The notes: generated by a model from the letters alone, not told the origin. Positions 11,136-24,494 are shown, numbered from the stretch's first letter. The stretch: 64,000 bases of DNA from Rhynchobatus australiae (GCA_034780895.1 JAUZTB010000066.1:6657238-6721237); one strand, 5' to 3'. Made by a program: numbers and translations.

Positions 11136-13161
11136 CATGCTGTTGGCAGTTGATTTTAACAGCCAGCAACCCTGGCTGAGCTTCCTCTAGACAAAAGTCA
11201 ACAATGAGGTGCAGTGACTTACATGACATGATGCGTTTTTTTTTAATATCGAATTTATGGTGCAGAAACAAACCATGAGAACCAACTGGTCTGTCCTTGT
11301 GTTTACATTCCACATAAGGGTGTCTCATTGTAAATGATCTTGCTCTTTCAGCTATTCATTTCTCTCCTTGTATTTTCCAGTTTCTCTTAAAAAGAACTGT
11401 ATCAGTCACCATTAACTCTTAGTGTATTTGTGTGCTCTTTCGTACTGGATGTGTCCCACATAGTGGGATCATCCCCATTTTTTACAAAAGGCATGTGAAA
11501 TATAATAAAATAAATCCAACCTGCAAATGTTACTGAATTTACTTCACTAAAGAGTCCCTTGAACTGTAGCAGTAAACCTTGTGATAGTCTTTTTTTTTGC
11601 AAATGAAATACATAGGCTATTCTTAGATAAAGTATTTAAACAGGGTCTTTGGGTTATTATACAAAAGGATTGCAAGAAATCATCAGGAATAAATAACAAA
11701 TATACATTTGTATTGCACCTTAATGTGTTGTCAATACTTCACAACCCACTTAGTATTGTTGTGTAATTGCTTAAAACAGAGAAATGGAACCCAGTTCATT
11801 CTGATCCAGAGCTGTGAGTGATACCAATTATTACTTAGAAGTGCTGGATTGTTTCCGATCAGCAGAGATTTGGGAAGAGCTTATTTTCCCCACATCTGTT
11901 ATGGGTAAAAAGAAGTGGGTTTGTGCATGGGGTGAAGAAACTAATAGACGTAACAGTTTATTTACCAGAGGTTCTCTGACTTGTGTTTACAAGTTTTAGA
12001 GGACACAATTTGTTGCCTTCTGAGGAGCGTGCAAATGTATTACAGCCTTTAGTACTCGGCATTGTCCTTCCAGTTTGTGTCTGTACTAGCCAGTCTTGGT
12101 GAAAGGTCATAAACTTGAAGAGTTTATCTCTCCACAAATGCTGCCTGACTTGCTGAGTATCTCCAGCATTCTCTTATATTTCAGTGTTTATAACCTTATA
12201 GTTCCAGCATTTTATGTGTCACGCTCTGTTCATCTCCTTGTATGTACATCTCCTCTAGGTATGCTGTGATTAACATGCCTCCCTCAGCCAGCAACACCAC
12301 ATTTATGTCCTTCAGTCTCTCTTGGTGTCCACCTTATCAAAGATTTTCCTTTAGCTCCCTTCACACCAACCCACCACCCCACCCTCCTGACAACTTAGAA
12401 CATATTTCATGTCTATAATTTACCAGTTCCTTTGAAAGAACATCACCCCGAAACATTAACTCAATTTCTCTCTACATAGTTACTACCTGACCTGTTGATT
12501 ATTTCTAGTATTTTTCTGTTTTTATTACAANNNNNNNNNNNNNNNNNNNNNNNNNNNNNNNNNNNNNNNNNNNNNNNNNNNNNNNNNNNNNNNNNNNNNN
12601 NNNNNNNNNNNNNNNNNNNNNNNNNNNNNNTTGTCTGTTTTTATTACAAATGTATTGTAGTTCTCTACAATAAATGTTTTAATGTTATTCTTCACTTGCT
12701 TAAAATCTTTAGTTTGAGTACAGAGGATAAATTGGATTGGTGTTTGGAATGGGCATTTCCTAAGTTCTCAATCCTTTGAGCCCTGAATGTTTTCATTTGA
12801 TGTGTATGAATATACGTCAATAACCAGGGTGAATATTCAAGTCAGTGGGTATAAGGATTATAGAGGAGTTGAGAAACAGAACATTTTGTAGTTCACTGCC
12901 CAGAAGAATGTGGCTGTTGAAATTTTCACTTCTTAAGCTGCTTGGATGTGTGTAACTTATAGGACTACACCTGGAAAGTTAAATTAGGCTGAATACCTTG
13001 CTTTTAACCAGCATGCATTCTGAGGCAGATATGCTGAAAATCTGTCATTCTGTGATTTACTTGCTTCAACAAATGATTAAAATTTATTTTTCTCAAATAT
13101 TCGCCGATGAGTGTTCAAAATTGGTTTTCTAATGAGGTACAATCTCTTCTCGTGCTTCTAG

Positions 13162-13354
13162 GAACCCACAGTGCCGTTACCTGGCCAGTTCATCAAAGGA
13201 CTGCAGTATCCGGATATGGGACACGTTGCTGGGGCGATGCGATAAAATCCTGACTGGGCACACACAGTCAGTAACCTGCGTGAAGTGGGGTGGTGACGGT
13301 CTCCTCTATTCCTCGTCACAAGATAGGACTATAAAAGTGTGGAGGGCTGAAGAT
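13162..13354 (+). CDS. nle1: nle1 coding exon 6 (NPQCRYLASSSKDCSIRIWD...QDRTIKVWRAED)
   Basis: gcttctag|G acceptor; GAT|GTAAGT donor; WD40 match to NLE1. Confidence 0.95.
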
Positions 13355-14436
13355 GTAAGTAGGACTTGCTTTTTACAGTAGCATTTCTGAAATGTGCGGC
13401 AGGGTTAGTAGCTGCCGTATACTTCATTGTTGACATTGTGGAGTGTGGGTTGGGAGGATGCATTGTTGTGGCAAGATTGGAAAAGTATTTAATGGGTTAG
13501 ACTGGATGATATTTTTAGCCAAAGAGATGATGTATGTTACTGTGTAGCCCAGCACATTCCTGGGTGCTGTTGGTTCTCTGTAAGTTTCCCGGAGTTCAAC
13601 TTTAAAACAGTCAGTCACCTGGAAGCAGGATCTTTAATTATCTTTGCAGAAATCCTATACAGTAGTAATACAGCCTGAAGCAAATAGGCCTTCGCTGTAA
13701 GGATCAGCTCCGAGCAGTGGCCATTTTTAATGGCTATAATTCAACAAATGGAAGAAGTGGAAGAGGAAATGGAAATATGGAAGTATTGTGTGACCTTTGT
13801 TTTCTCCATAGAATTATGTACAATCTATCCCAAAATGGACGAATTGGTCTAACTGGTCTGTGCTGGTATTTGTGCTCCATATGACCGTGCTTCACTATAT
13901 TCATCTCGCCCGTCAACAGATCCATTTATTCCTTTCTCACCCACATTTATCCTTAAATTCACCTGTACTCACCTGTGGTAGTGAGTTCCACTTTCTCACT
14001 AATCTTTGGGAAAGGAAGTGTCTCCTGAATTGGATTTGTTAGTGGCTACCTTCTTTTTGTGGCCTCTAATTTTTGATTTCCTCACAAATGCATGAAATAT
14101 CCCAGACCCTATCAAATGCTGAGTAAATGTTAAAGACATCAGTTGAGTCCATTTGGTCTAATTACAGGTCCTTTCACTCCCAAAGGTGGATTTCCAGACC
14201 ATATTCAAGGTGCTGATTTGGTTTGTGGGTTAACACTTTGGGAGCTGTGGTTCAGGGTGCTTTGTGCTGAAGTATGAAAATAAAAATTGCTTGTACTCAG
14301 AGCACACACACACACGTTATCAATTGCGTGCATGATTGTGTAATCTACTTTGCTGTGTATTGAAGTAACTTTTTTTGTTTCCTTTAAGAAATCAATTGAC
14401 ATCCATTTGGTAACTATTTCTATGATCTGCTTTCAG

Positions 14437-14572
14437 GGGGTCATGTGTAGAACACTACAGGGTCATGCACATTGGGTAAATACAATGGCACTTAGTACAG
14501 ACTACGTATTGCGAACTGGAGGTTTTGAACCAGCTGAAGCCACCGTTGTCCATCGGGACAGGAACGATACTT
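14437..14572 (+). CDS. nle1: nle1 coding exon 7 (GVMCRTLQGHAHWVNTMALSTDYVLRTGGFEPAEATVVHRDRNDT)
   Basis: tgctttcag|GGG acceptor; T|GTAGGT donor gives phase 1, in frame with the next exon. Confidence 0.93.
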
Positions 14573-14659
14573 GTAGGTGATCTTGTTGACTCTACTCAAC
14601 TTGTTAGCTGTTGTGTGTTGAGATTTAGTTAGAAACCATGTCATCTCTACGCTCTCTCA

Positions 14660-15012
14660 TAGTGTAGGAAGTGGCTCATTGTGTAGCACTCTTGTCTCTG
14701 AGCTGGAAGGTCGTTGGTTCAAGAGACTTGAGCACAATATTTTTGCTGATGCTACCAGTGTAGTATAGCTACGTTTTGAAAGATCTGTTCTTTTTTGAAT
14801 GAGACTTAGACTGATCCCAGTTAGACAAAAAGATCCCATGACAATATTTTGAAGAGGAGGCATTATCTCCCATGAACAGACTAATGTTTATCTTTCAATT
14901 ACATTCATTAAAGCAGATCATGCAGTCGTTGCTGTTTGTGAGGGCTTGTAGTATACAAATTTACTGCTATATTTCCTACTTTATAATAGTTATGTCATAA
15001 ATGCAAATCTTT
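14660..15012 (+). mobile_element. DeuSINE (SacSINE1-like), degenerate
   Basis: aaaagatcccatgacaatattttgaagagg and gctgtttgtgagggcttg...tttcctactttata motifs, shared with the other copies. Confidence 0.6.
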
Positions 15013-15971
15013 TTTACTGCTACCATTCCACAGTGTTAGGATTTCATGTCCTTTACACTCCAAAACATTAAAAGTAAATATCAGATGTTGACTTTGAGCC
15101 TGACATATACAGCCAGTGTCGGTGGCTCTGTAAACTAACTTGATGCTTTACAGTTAATATGTGTTCAAGTCTCATGAGTGGAGCTTAAATCCCACAATAT
15201 TTTGACTTTGTTGGCTAGTTTCTTGCTTGAGGTACCTCCTCATGATTAGATGGAGAAAATGTTGTGAGGAGAGAGTTTGCAAACTGGAGCATTCCTGCTT
15301 GGGAATGAAGCTTGGAAACATTTCTATGTAAAAAAAAGATGGGAGTAATTTGGGGCTCTCTTCTCAACAACAATTGATGCTGAATCATTGTTAATTTTAA
15401 ACTGAATTCTAAATTAAAGGTATGAAGAGATCTGGAACAATTATATGGAGTTAGATTACAGATCAGTCCTGGTCTCACTCAATAACTAATGGGTTGAAGT
15501 TGCTAAATGGCCTATTTATCTATATCCACCCGATCAAACTCTTTCATTATATTAATGATAACAATAGGTAACCTTCAAGCATCTTATTTCCCAGAGGAAA
15601 AAATTCCCAATCTTTTCATGCCTTGCAGGTGATCACAATTTCACATTTCTAATATCCTTGTAAAGCCTTCTCTATGTACTCCATAGCATTTTTACTCATG
15701 GAGGATAAATTTGATCTCACCCATGTTTCTGTGAGTCAGAAGCTGATGTCACATCAGTAATTTGGAGGTTTGAGAGCCTGGGATGCTAAATCCATCTCCC
15801 TTTTATCTCCAGTGGCAGACCCAAGGAAAAGTTCAGGACAGGGGAGGAGGGTGGAGTTTGCTATTCAGTTTAAAAATACTGAAAGTAAGAAGCTGAATGC
15901 CCTCCCAACAAACCTGCTCCCCAAAATTTTACGGCTTGCATCCTAACTCGCACTTTAAAACTGTAAATCTT

Positions 15972-16195
15972 CATTTATACAGCATGGTAACAGGCCCTTC
16001 CAGCCCAATGAGCCCGCGCCACCCAATTGCACCTATGTTAACCTACTAACCCCTACGTCTTTGGAATGTGGGAGGAAACCGGAGCACCCAGAGGAAACCC
16101 ACACAGTGGCAGGGAGAACTTACAGATGGTGGCAGGAATTGAACCCCAATTGCTGGTGCTGTAATAGCGTTATGCTAACCGCTACACAACCATGT
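15972..16195 (-). mobile_element. V-SINE (HE1-like), relatively intact
   Basis: ttggaatgtgggaggaaaccggagcacccagaggaaacccac V-domain, CR1-type tail acaggcccttccagccc, and ggaattgaacc (B-box, reverse). Confidence 0.75.
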
Positions 16196-17226
16196 CCTAT
16201 TCATCCATCATCGCCACTGATCCACCTGGTTTCTGGTTGTCAAATTAAAAATTGTCATCCCTTGTGTTCACAGCCCATCTATGGCTCTTTTCCAGATGCT
16301 CGATCTCCCTCTTTCATTGTAATCCCCCAGCTCTACAATCCTCTGAGACTTCTCTGCTCCATTTCTGGTCTCTGGTACCTGCCCAATTTTTAGCCGCTCT
16401 GTCAGGGTGGCTCTCCCCTCAACAGCCCGAGTCCCTCCCTAGATCTTCCTGTCTCACTTTCCTTCAGCATGCCCCATAACAGCAGCCTCTTTGATCAATA
16501 TTTTGTTCAGCAGCTTACTTCCTCCAGCTGGAAAGTCCACCACTTAAAGGCAACGTCTCAGTGTCAGTGAATGACTATATTAGCAGCAAGATAAAGATAA
16601 ATTTCTTCAGTCAAGGGGTTGTGGAGTTTTGGAGTTCTCTATCCCAGAGGGCTGTTGATGCTTAGTTATTGAATACATCCAAGGCTAAGACTGGGACACT
16701 TTAGGCCATTTGGAGGGTTTGGAGTTACAGGAATTAGATTCATGCGTGTAAGAAGTAGAGAAGCAGTCTTGACCTCATTAAAGGGCGGAACAGGGTTTTT
16801 TTAACCTATTCCTTTTGTTTGTGCTTTGACCTAATGTGACTTCTTATCAAATTTTGTTTTTAATTGTTCCTGTGTAATATCTTGTGACGTTTTATGACAT
16901 TCAAAGATCTATATAAAAATAAGTTGTTGTTGAGCCAGCACTGACCTTGTATAAAATGCAGCCAGAGGCGGAAGTCTGTCTCCTTCCCCCAGTTCACAAG
17001 ATGTTCTAAATATAGTCCATGGTAGTCAGGTCATGCAGTGAGCTAGAAAACAATGCAGGTGGGAGGCTCCCTTCCCTGCAAGTTAGCACATTTAAACGCT
17101 TGTAAATTAATCTGAAGAACTGCGAGATGTTGCTCAGTAAGTGGCCGTCACGCAGATAAAGATCTGTTGATAAAGATAAAGCCACTGGAACCTCCTCTTA
17201 CTTCCTCTTATTGGTTTATTTCGCAG

Positions 17227-17273
17227 TGGAAGAACTGAAGCACAAAGCTTTACAAAGATATGAGCAAACAAGG
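17227..17273 (+). CDS. nle1: nle1 coding exon 8 ((L)EELKHKALQRYEQTR)
   Basis: ttattttcgcag|TG acceptor; AGG|GTAAGT donor; aligns with human LQELKERALSRYNLVR and keeps the frame. Confidence 0.92.
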
Positions 17274-17409
17274 GTAAGTGAACAGCGGAATAAAAGTTCA
17301 AAGCTATTGATTGCCGAGCCCTGCAGGAGGTGGTCTGACATTTAAGTTTCATTTGATTTGCTCAGCACTTGGTTATTAGTTGAAAATGAAGCTGAAGCTG
17401 CAGGTAACA

Positions 17410-17869
17410 TGAAGCTGTGGACTGGTAATTGGATGGGAGGCAGTGGGCAGAAAAAATGTCATTCCCCAGGGATCTGTATCAGGGCCTCACCATTTCATCA
17501 TATCTACCACTGGCTGCAGTGGACTCCACGTCAGGGGGGAAAGCATTTCCCTCGGCCATCATGCACTAAAGGTCATGTTCACCATTCTCTTCAGCGCACC
17601 AGCGTTGCCTTTGGTCATCTGGGGAAAACTTGTGCACAGGAGAAAGTACACAGTTAATGGTAGGACCCTCAAAAGCGCTGATGCACAAAGGAATCTTTTG
17701 GGGGGGGGCATGGGGGGTACAACTCCAAGACTCCCTGAAAGTGGCTGCACAGGTCAATAGGGTGGTAAAGCAGGTGTATGGCATGCTTGCCTTTTTTAAT
17801 CGAGGCATTGCGTGCAAGAGTCAGAAAGTTATGTTGCAGTTTTTTAAAACTGGTTAGGCCACATCTGGA
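17410..17869 (+). mobile_element. CR1-like LINE RT fragments running into a gap
   Basis: IPQGSVSGP (RT PQGS motif remnant), LKVAAQVNRVVK and LVRPHL translations. Confidence 0.7.
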
Positions 17870-18874
17870 NNNNNNNNNNNNNNNNNNNNNNNNNNNNNNN
17901 NNNNNNNNNNNNNNNNNNNNNNNNNNNNNNNNNNNNNNNNNNNNNNNNNNNNNNNNNNNNNNNNNNNNNNNNNNNNNNNNNNNNNNNNNNNNNNNNNNNN
18001 NNNNNNNNNNNNNNNNNNNNNNNNNNNNNNNNNNNNNNNNNNNNNNNNNNNNNNNNNNNNNNNNNNNNNNNNNNNNNNNNNNNNNNNNNNNNNNNNNNNN
18101 NNNNNNNNNNNNNNNNNNNNNNNNNNNNNNNNNNNNNNNNNNNNNNNNNNNNNNNNNNNNNNNNNNNNNNNNNNNNNNNNNNNNNNNNNNNNNNNNNNNN
18201 NNNNNNNNNNNNNNNNNNNNNNNNNNNNNNNNNNNNNNNNNNNNNNNNNNNNNNNNNNNNNNNNNNNNNNNNNNNNNNNNNNNNNNNNNNNNNNNNNNNN
18301 NNNNNNNNNNNNNNNNNNNNNNNNNNNNNNNNNNNNNNNNNNNNNNNNNNNNNNNNNNNNNNNNNNNNNNNNNNNNNNNNNNNNNNNNNNNNNNNNNNNN
18401 NNNNNNNNNNNNNNNNNNNNNNNNNNNNNNNNNNNNNNNNNNNNNNNNNNNNNNNNNNNNNNNNNNNNNNNNNNNNNNNNNNNNNNNNNNNNNNNNNNNN
18501 NNNNNNNNNNNNNNNNNNNNNNNNNNNNNNNNNNNNNNNNNNNNNNNNNNNNNNNNNNNNNNNNNNNNNNNNNNNNNNNNNNNNNNNNNNNNNNNNNNNN
18601 NNNNNNNNNNNNNNNNNNNNNNNNNNNNNNNNNNNNNNNNNNNNNNNNNNNNNNNNNNNNNNNNNNNNNNNNNNNNNNNNNCACCTCAAAGTGCTTAATT
18701 AGTAATGTTTCTGCAACGTGTTATAAATGTGTAGGCAAATGGGGACATCAGCTTCCTCTCCCAGGACAACCTGAGCATTGAGACTGTAACTCCCAAGGCC
18801 GGATTATTTGCATGCCCAACACCAAGCTTCTGAAATACACGTTCTATTTCATGTATGTTGTCTTCATATTCCCT

Positions 18875-19195
18875 TACCACATGGAAGGAGGCCATTTGGC
18901 CCATCAGTTCCATGCTACCTCTCAGATCAATCCCATCAGCTCCATTCCCCATTTATTTCCCTGTAACCTATTCTCTCTTGCATGCCAATCAACTCCTAAT
19001 TCTTCCATTCACCTGCACTAGAGGTAATTTACAGGAGCCAATTAACCTACCAACCAGCACATCTTTAGGATGTGGGAAGAAACTGGAGCACTTGGGGGAA
19101 ACCTACTTGGTGACAGCACCTGAGTTCAGGATCGAACTCAAGTTGCCGGAGCTGTGAGATGATCAGCATTACCTGTAGTACCACTGTGCCACAGG
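18875..19195 (-). mobile_element. V-SINE (HE1-like)
   Basis: ggatgtgggaagaaactggagcacttgggggaaacc and aggatcgaactc (B-box, reverse). Confidence 0.7.
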
Positions 19196-19528
19196 TACTC
19201 CCAAGTTCTGACAGAAGTTACCAGGTATACAGAGGAAATGCTCTCAAAGACTCCTCCACTGTTGCACTTGTCCCAATGGAGCACCACAGTGAGTAGAGAT
19301 TGGGGTCCACTTTAACAAGAGGGTTGTTAAAGTCAGTGAGTTACCTCAGACCAGTCTTATGTGCTTGGTGGCAGAGACATCAGAGCATCTGTGGGTTTAG
19401 TTTCTTCCTAAGGATGAAGACAAGATCTTATGCCAGAGTAGGATTGTTAGATCCCAGGTCAAAATCTGCTTTTTGATACTGTTTTCTGTACAGGCAACCT
19501 GATCCTAATGAACTGGGTTTTCTTTCAG

Positions 19529-19731
19529 GGTCAGGGGTGTGAAAGGCTGGTTTCAGGGTCAGATGACTTCACGCTCTTTCTCTGGAAACCTGCGGAGGAC
19601 AAGAAGCCCTTGGCCCGAATGACGGGCCACCAGGCTCTAATAAACCAAGTCTGCTTCTCCCCAGACACCAGGGTTATTGCCAGCGCATCATTCGACAAGT
19701 CAGTGAAACTGTGGGATGGCAGGACTGGCAA
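19529..19731 (+). CDS. nle1: nle1 coding exon 9 (GQGCERLVSGSDDFTLFLW...SFDKSVKLWDGRTG(K))
   Basis: ttctttcag|GGT acceptor; AA|GTAAGG donor; matches NLE1. Confidence 0.96.
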
Positions 19732-20409
19732 GTAAGGATGCTAACGTTTTTGTTTAATCACTGATGGGATTTGGGTGTCACTGGCAAAGTCAGCATTAAT
19801 TATCAGTCCTTAGTTAATTTGGCAGAACTGGTGGCTAGCTGCCTTCCTGACTCAGTTCAATTAGAATGGTGTTGTGCTTGCTGCAACCGAGGGGCTTGCT
19901 CAATCACTTCAGAGGGCAGTCAAGAGTCAACTAAATTACTGTAGTTCTGGAATCAATTATAGGCTGGGTGTGGAGGGGTAGATTCCTTCCACATCATTGA
20001 ATCAGATTTATTTTCACTGACTCAAATGATGTGAAATGTGTTGTTTTGCAGCAGCAGTACAGTGCAAAGACATCAAATTATTATAAATTACAAACAAAAA
20101 TAAATAGTGCAAAAAAAAGGAATAAAGAGGAAATGTTCATGGACTGTTCAGAAATCTGATGCCTTGGTGAGTTTTGCTGCTGAAAAGCAAAACAAAATTT
20201 ATGTAGTGCCTTCCACAATCTCACGTCATCGCAAAGCACATTACATCCAATGAGGTACTTTTTGAGTTGTAGACACTTGTGGAAATGCAGTAGAAAATTT
20301 TACAAACAGCAAACTCCCATAAACAGTAATGTGATAATAACTCTTTATTCAATTTTTGGTGAATATGTTTGAAGGATAAATAATTGACAGGGCAGGGTGG
20401 GGAAATCTG

Positions 20410-21225
20410 CTGGTCTTGTGGTCGAAGTCCATTGTTCCCTGAAAGTGGCATCACAAATAGAAAGGGTGGTTAAAAAAGGCATATGGCATGCCTTCATTGG
20501 TCAGGGCACTGTGCATAAGATTCAGGAAGTTGCGTTGCAGCTGTATAAAGCTTTGGTTAGGCTGCATTTGGAGTACTGAGTGCATTTCTGGTCACCCCAT
20601 TACAGGAAGGGTGTGGAGGCTTTGGAGAAGGTGCAGAAAAGGTTCACTAGGATGCTGACTCAATTAGAGAGTATTAACTATAAGGTTGGACAAGCTTGGA
20701 GACATGAGAGATTGCAGATGGTGGAAATCTGGAGCACGCACAAAATGCAGGAGGAACTCAGTGGGCCGGGCAACATCTTTGGAGGGAAATGGACAGTTGA
20801 TGCTGTGGGTCAAGACCTTTCATCAGTCAAAGGTCTGAGTTCCTCCAGTATTTTGTGTGTTGGACAAACGTCGGTGTTTTCTCTGGAGCATTCGAGGCTG
20901 ACAGGAGACCTGATAGACATTTATAAAATTATGAGAGGCATAGGTAGGGTGAGAGTCTTTTTCCCAGGGTAGAAATTTCAAATACCAGAGGATATAGCTT
21001 TAAGATCAGAGGAGGGACATTTAAAGGAGATATGCAGGGTAAGTTTTTTTCAAACACAGAGAATGGTAGGTGCTTGGAACGTGCTACCAGGGGTGGTGGT
21101 GAAAACAAACACAATAGTGGTGTTTAAGAGGCATTTGGAAAGGCACCCGAGTTTGCAGGGAATGAGGGATATGGATCATGTGCAGGCAGACAGGTTTTTC
21201 CTGTGCTGTACTGTTCTATGTTCTT
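20410..21225 (+). mobile_element. CR1/HER1-like LINE 3' portion, interrupted at about 20700-20860 by a fold-back element
   Basis: LQLYKALVRLHLEY / HFWSPHYRKGVEALEKVQKRFTRML / YKIMRGI translations; tail ctgtgctgtactgttctatgttct. Confidence 0.85.
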
Positions 21226-21866
21226 GTAATACTGATTCAAACCCAGATTATTGAGGTGATCATTTTCCATGGAGGCCACAGGGTGATATGAACAGGGTGT
21301 TTTCAATCCAGTGCTTACTGTCTGTTGAACCAGATTTCCCATTTGTTAACTCAAGGAAACCAATGATGAGAGTGACAGGTGATGGAAAAGGCAACGGAAA
21401 GAATCACTCTGGGCTGTAGGGCTACTCTCCTGAAATTAGGGGTGTAGGTAAATTTGAGGGGGGAAGAACTGATGGAATTTATCTACCCTGCAGCTGCCCA
21501 TACAGCCCCTTGAGATCTCCGCAGTCCTCTTATCTTATCCTCTTGTGAACTCTGGCTTGATTTACTCTATCAGTAATTGTGCCTCAAGTTCGCAGTGTAC
21601 AAAGCTCTGAAATCACCTCCATTTTTCTCTCTGCACTTCCTATCTCTTTAACCAAGCTTTTAGCCACCAGTCCTAAAATCTTTCCACATGATCTGGTTTC
21701 AGCTTTTGTTTGGTAACCTACCTTTGATATTCCTCAGCATACTTATGGTACAAGAGATTTGTTGTTGACTGTTTTATTGCTGATGCCAGTTGTTTGCTTT
21801 GCCTAGTGTCTTTCTATTTCATTTAAAAAGGATGCACAAATGACTGAGGGCACTGCTTGTTTCCAG

Positions 21867-22026
21867 ATACCTGGCGTCTCTCCGAGGTCATGTGTCAGCT
21901 GTGTATCAGATTGCGTGGTCAGCTGACAGTCGGCTGCTGGCAAGCGGCAGCAGTGACAGCACATTGAAAGTGTGGGATGTGAAGGCACAGAAGCTGTCCG
22001 TTGACCTTCCTGGTCATGCAGATGAG
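21867..22026 (+). CDS. nle1: nle1 coding exon 10 (YLASLRGHVSAVYQIAWSADSRLL...DLPGHADE)
   Basis: tgtttccag|A acceptor; GAG|GTAAGA donor; matches NLE1. Confidence 0.96.
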
Positions 22027-22698
22027 GTAAGATGCCTTCTGACAGTCAACCCAGCAGGAGATGCAATTACCCATTGAACTGGAATGATGCCTGAATACAA
22101 ATTAAAAGAAACCTGGAAACGCTTGTTCTGTAGGAAGGTGTCAAAGAATTTTGTGTCAAAACATCAGACTGAGTTCAAAACTGTTGATTCTGATCTGCCA
22201 CTTGTTAACCATGTCACCTACTTATTAAGTATAATTTTAATGCACAATAATAGGTCAATTAGCCCTCTATGTCAGTCTGATTAGAAATCTTCTAACTCCA
22301 GGCAGTTGGTGATGGAATGTAAGCCACAATACAGGTTGTCCTAGTGTTACAGACACCCGATTTTTGGACATTTCTACATGTGAATGAGCTTTCGTAACAT
22401 TTAAATTCAAATAATTGTTCATACAAATGGCAAAACCAGTTGTCTTTCTCCTTGTTCGTGCTTGCTTTCTCCTCTACCTCCCTCACCCCGCCACTTATAG
22501 TTATTGTTTCTTATCAGTCTTGCATGTTTTTGATGCCATTCGTTATAAATAGTGTGGAGGTATGGTTACCATATTAAATGATTATTGTGTATTTTCCAAC
22601 TTGTGGACAAAATCAACTCATGGATGTCTGTAAAAACGGAACTCTGGGATGGCCTGTAAATATTTCAGAGAATAATAATGTTTGATTTGTACCTTCAG

Positions 22699-22769
22699 GT
22701 CTTTGCTGTTGATTGGAGTCCTGATGGACAAAGGGTAGCAAGTGGTGGAAAAGACAAAGTGTTGAGAAT
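22699..22769 (+). CDS. nle1: nle1 coding exon 11 (VFAVDWSPDGQRVASGGKDKVLR(I))
   Basis: accttcag|GTC acceptor; AT|GTAAGT donor; matches NLE1. Confidence 0.96.
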
Positions 22770-23711
22770 GTAAGTAGAGAACCAAATGGTCCACTGAATA
22801 GTTTGTATGAATTAGAAAACTGGAGGGACTGGGTCATCAATCAAACTTATCAAACCTTTTCTTTTAATGTAAATTTGCTGATTCTAGTCTTTAAATCTCT
22901 TAAGTCTCCTCTCCGTAATGACATGAAATGAGTCACTGAAAGTTTAAAATTATGTGCCATTTGAGCACAGAAATGCTGAGGACCCTGTGCACCAGAGAGC
23001 ATCAGTGGAGAGGGAAGCAGAGTTAATATTTCACACCACATCCCAATTCTGATGAAAGCCCACTGACCAGAAACAATACTTGCTTTACATAATCATAATG
23101 TTTACAGTACAAATTCCTTGGATCATACAGAGATTAAGTTGAACTTTTTAATGAAGAAGCGTAGCCTGACNNNNNNNNNNNNNNNNNNNNNNNNNNNNNN
23201 NNNNNCAAAAAAATAGACAACTTGAGCGAAAGTTAAACCAAAATAGAGGAAAGAAACCTCCATAGTGCCATACTGACCATGTTTGAAAACCAGGTAAAAT
23301 GGCCATGTTTGGAACTGGAGTGGATGTACCTCTGTGTTAAATTGAAACTATTGCAGCAAAAAGATGACAAGAAACAGAATCAATGGGTAGATGATGGAAT
23401 CAACAGAGGATGAGCATTTAGGAGAACTGGCCAAATGTGGAAAGTAATTGCTATGTATTGGACTGCAAGTAGACAGAACGGTATAACATACTCCCTGCCA
23501 CTGACTGCCAGTATGTTGGGTTATTCCTTCAGTAGCTGAAAGAACGAGCACCTTGCAATGGATATATCTGGCTTTAGGATATGACTAACACATAGTTCAA
23601 TAGTCTGTAAAGAGGGACCCAGGTTTGTGACCATATTTAAGTTGTTTGTCAATACGTAATATAATGATGAAAGTCTGGACTGAATTGCACTGTGTGTCCT
23701 CTGTTTGACAG

Positions 23712-23724
23712 CTGGAGGTGGTGA
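23712..23724 (+). CDS. nle1: nle1 terminal coding exon ((I)WRW-stop)
   Basis: cctctgtttgacag|C TGG AGG TGG TGA; corresponds to human IWRR-stop. Total CDS is 1431 nt, divisible by 3. Confidence 0.85.
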
Positions 23725-23849
23725 AGGCGCAGAACAGGTCCGCTATTTTGAAGCAACTCTGGACTTTTGCTTGGATGTCAATCTCAGCAGACTGTGACTT
23801 GCCGTACTCTTTCAGTGAAGGATTTGGGTTCCTGAACTTGCAGTGACTG

Positions 23850-23855
23850 AATAAA
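23850..23855 (+). terminator. Probable nle1 polyadenylation signal AATAAA
   Basis: First AATAAA about 125 nt after the stop codon, followed by a T/GT-rich segment. Confidence 0.55.
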
Positions 23856-24494
23856 CCAAAGTCCATTTTTAACCATGTGGTACTCCAGAAGTTTTGCTTG
23901 CATATTTGAGGGGGTAGAGGGGGATAAAGTCCATCATTACACAGTTTCACCCATCCTCTATCCCATCCCCCACCTCCAAGAAAGCCTCTGATCAGTGGCC
24001 AAGCACTTGAAGTGTTGACCTCTTTGCAATGTCACTGCATGGGAACCTCATCACAAGAAAAAAAAAGTAAAAAGTGGCAAATGGAAACACACTCTGCAGA
24101 TCAGTGAATGTCATTATTTTCAAAACAGTGGCCGTGCTTTTGTAACTTGAGGCTGACCTTGACACACAGATTTATCTGTGGTGACTAAGGACAAATTTCT
24201 CTGCTTACGTCGCTCCAGCCTCTCTGCTCCTCCATTGTGTCAGCCAACTTCAACTGTGTTTGAACAAAACAGTTAGGAAGGAGATCATGTGTATGTCTTT
24301 AATAAGTTCAGTCTGAGTTCAGACTCCAATTTTTTTCCAACATGGCGAGCAATTGAATTTCTCTGTTGCGTGTTACTAAGTCATTTGTTCTATTATGGAA
24401 TTGCTGGTGGTTGTTACCTCAATATTGCCGGGGATCTCCAAATAATGTCCAGGGGAGGAGGAGGAGGGGTTGTTTCTGAAGTTTGTGGGGAAGT

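Noticed and set aside
17778-18698. Long ORFs of 270-366 aa here and at 54711-55811 (and shorter ones at 460-897 and 47661-48158)
   Set aside because: Almost entirely X residues from N gaps; the flanks are LINE remnants or non-coding.
21363-21433. ATGATGA...CTGA spacing resembling an intronic box C/D snoRNA (also GTGATGA...CTGA at 9234-9284); plausible because nle1 is a ribosome-biogenesis gene
   Set aside because: No terminal stem and no rRNA-complementary guide that I can recognise. A snoscan or Infernal search would be needed.
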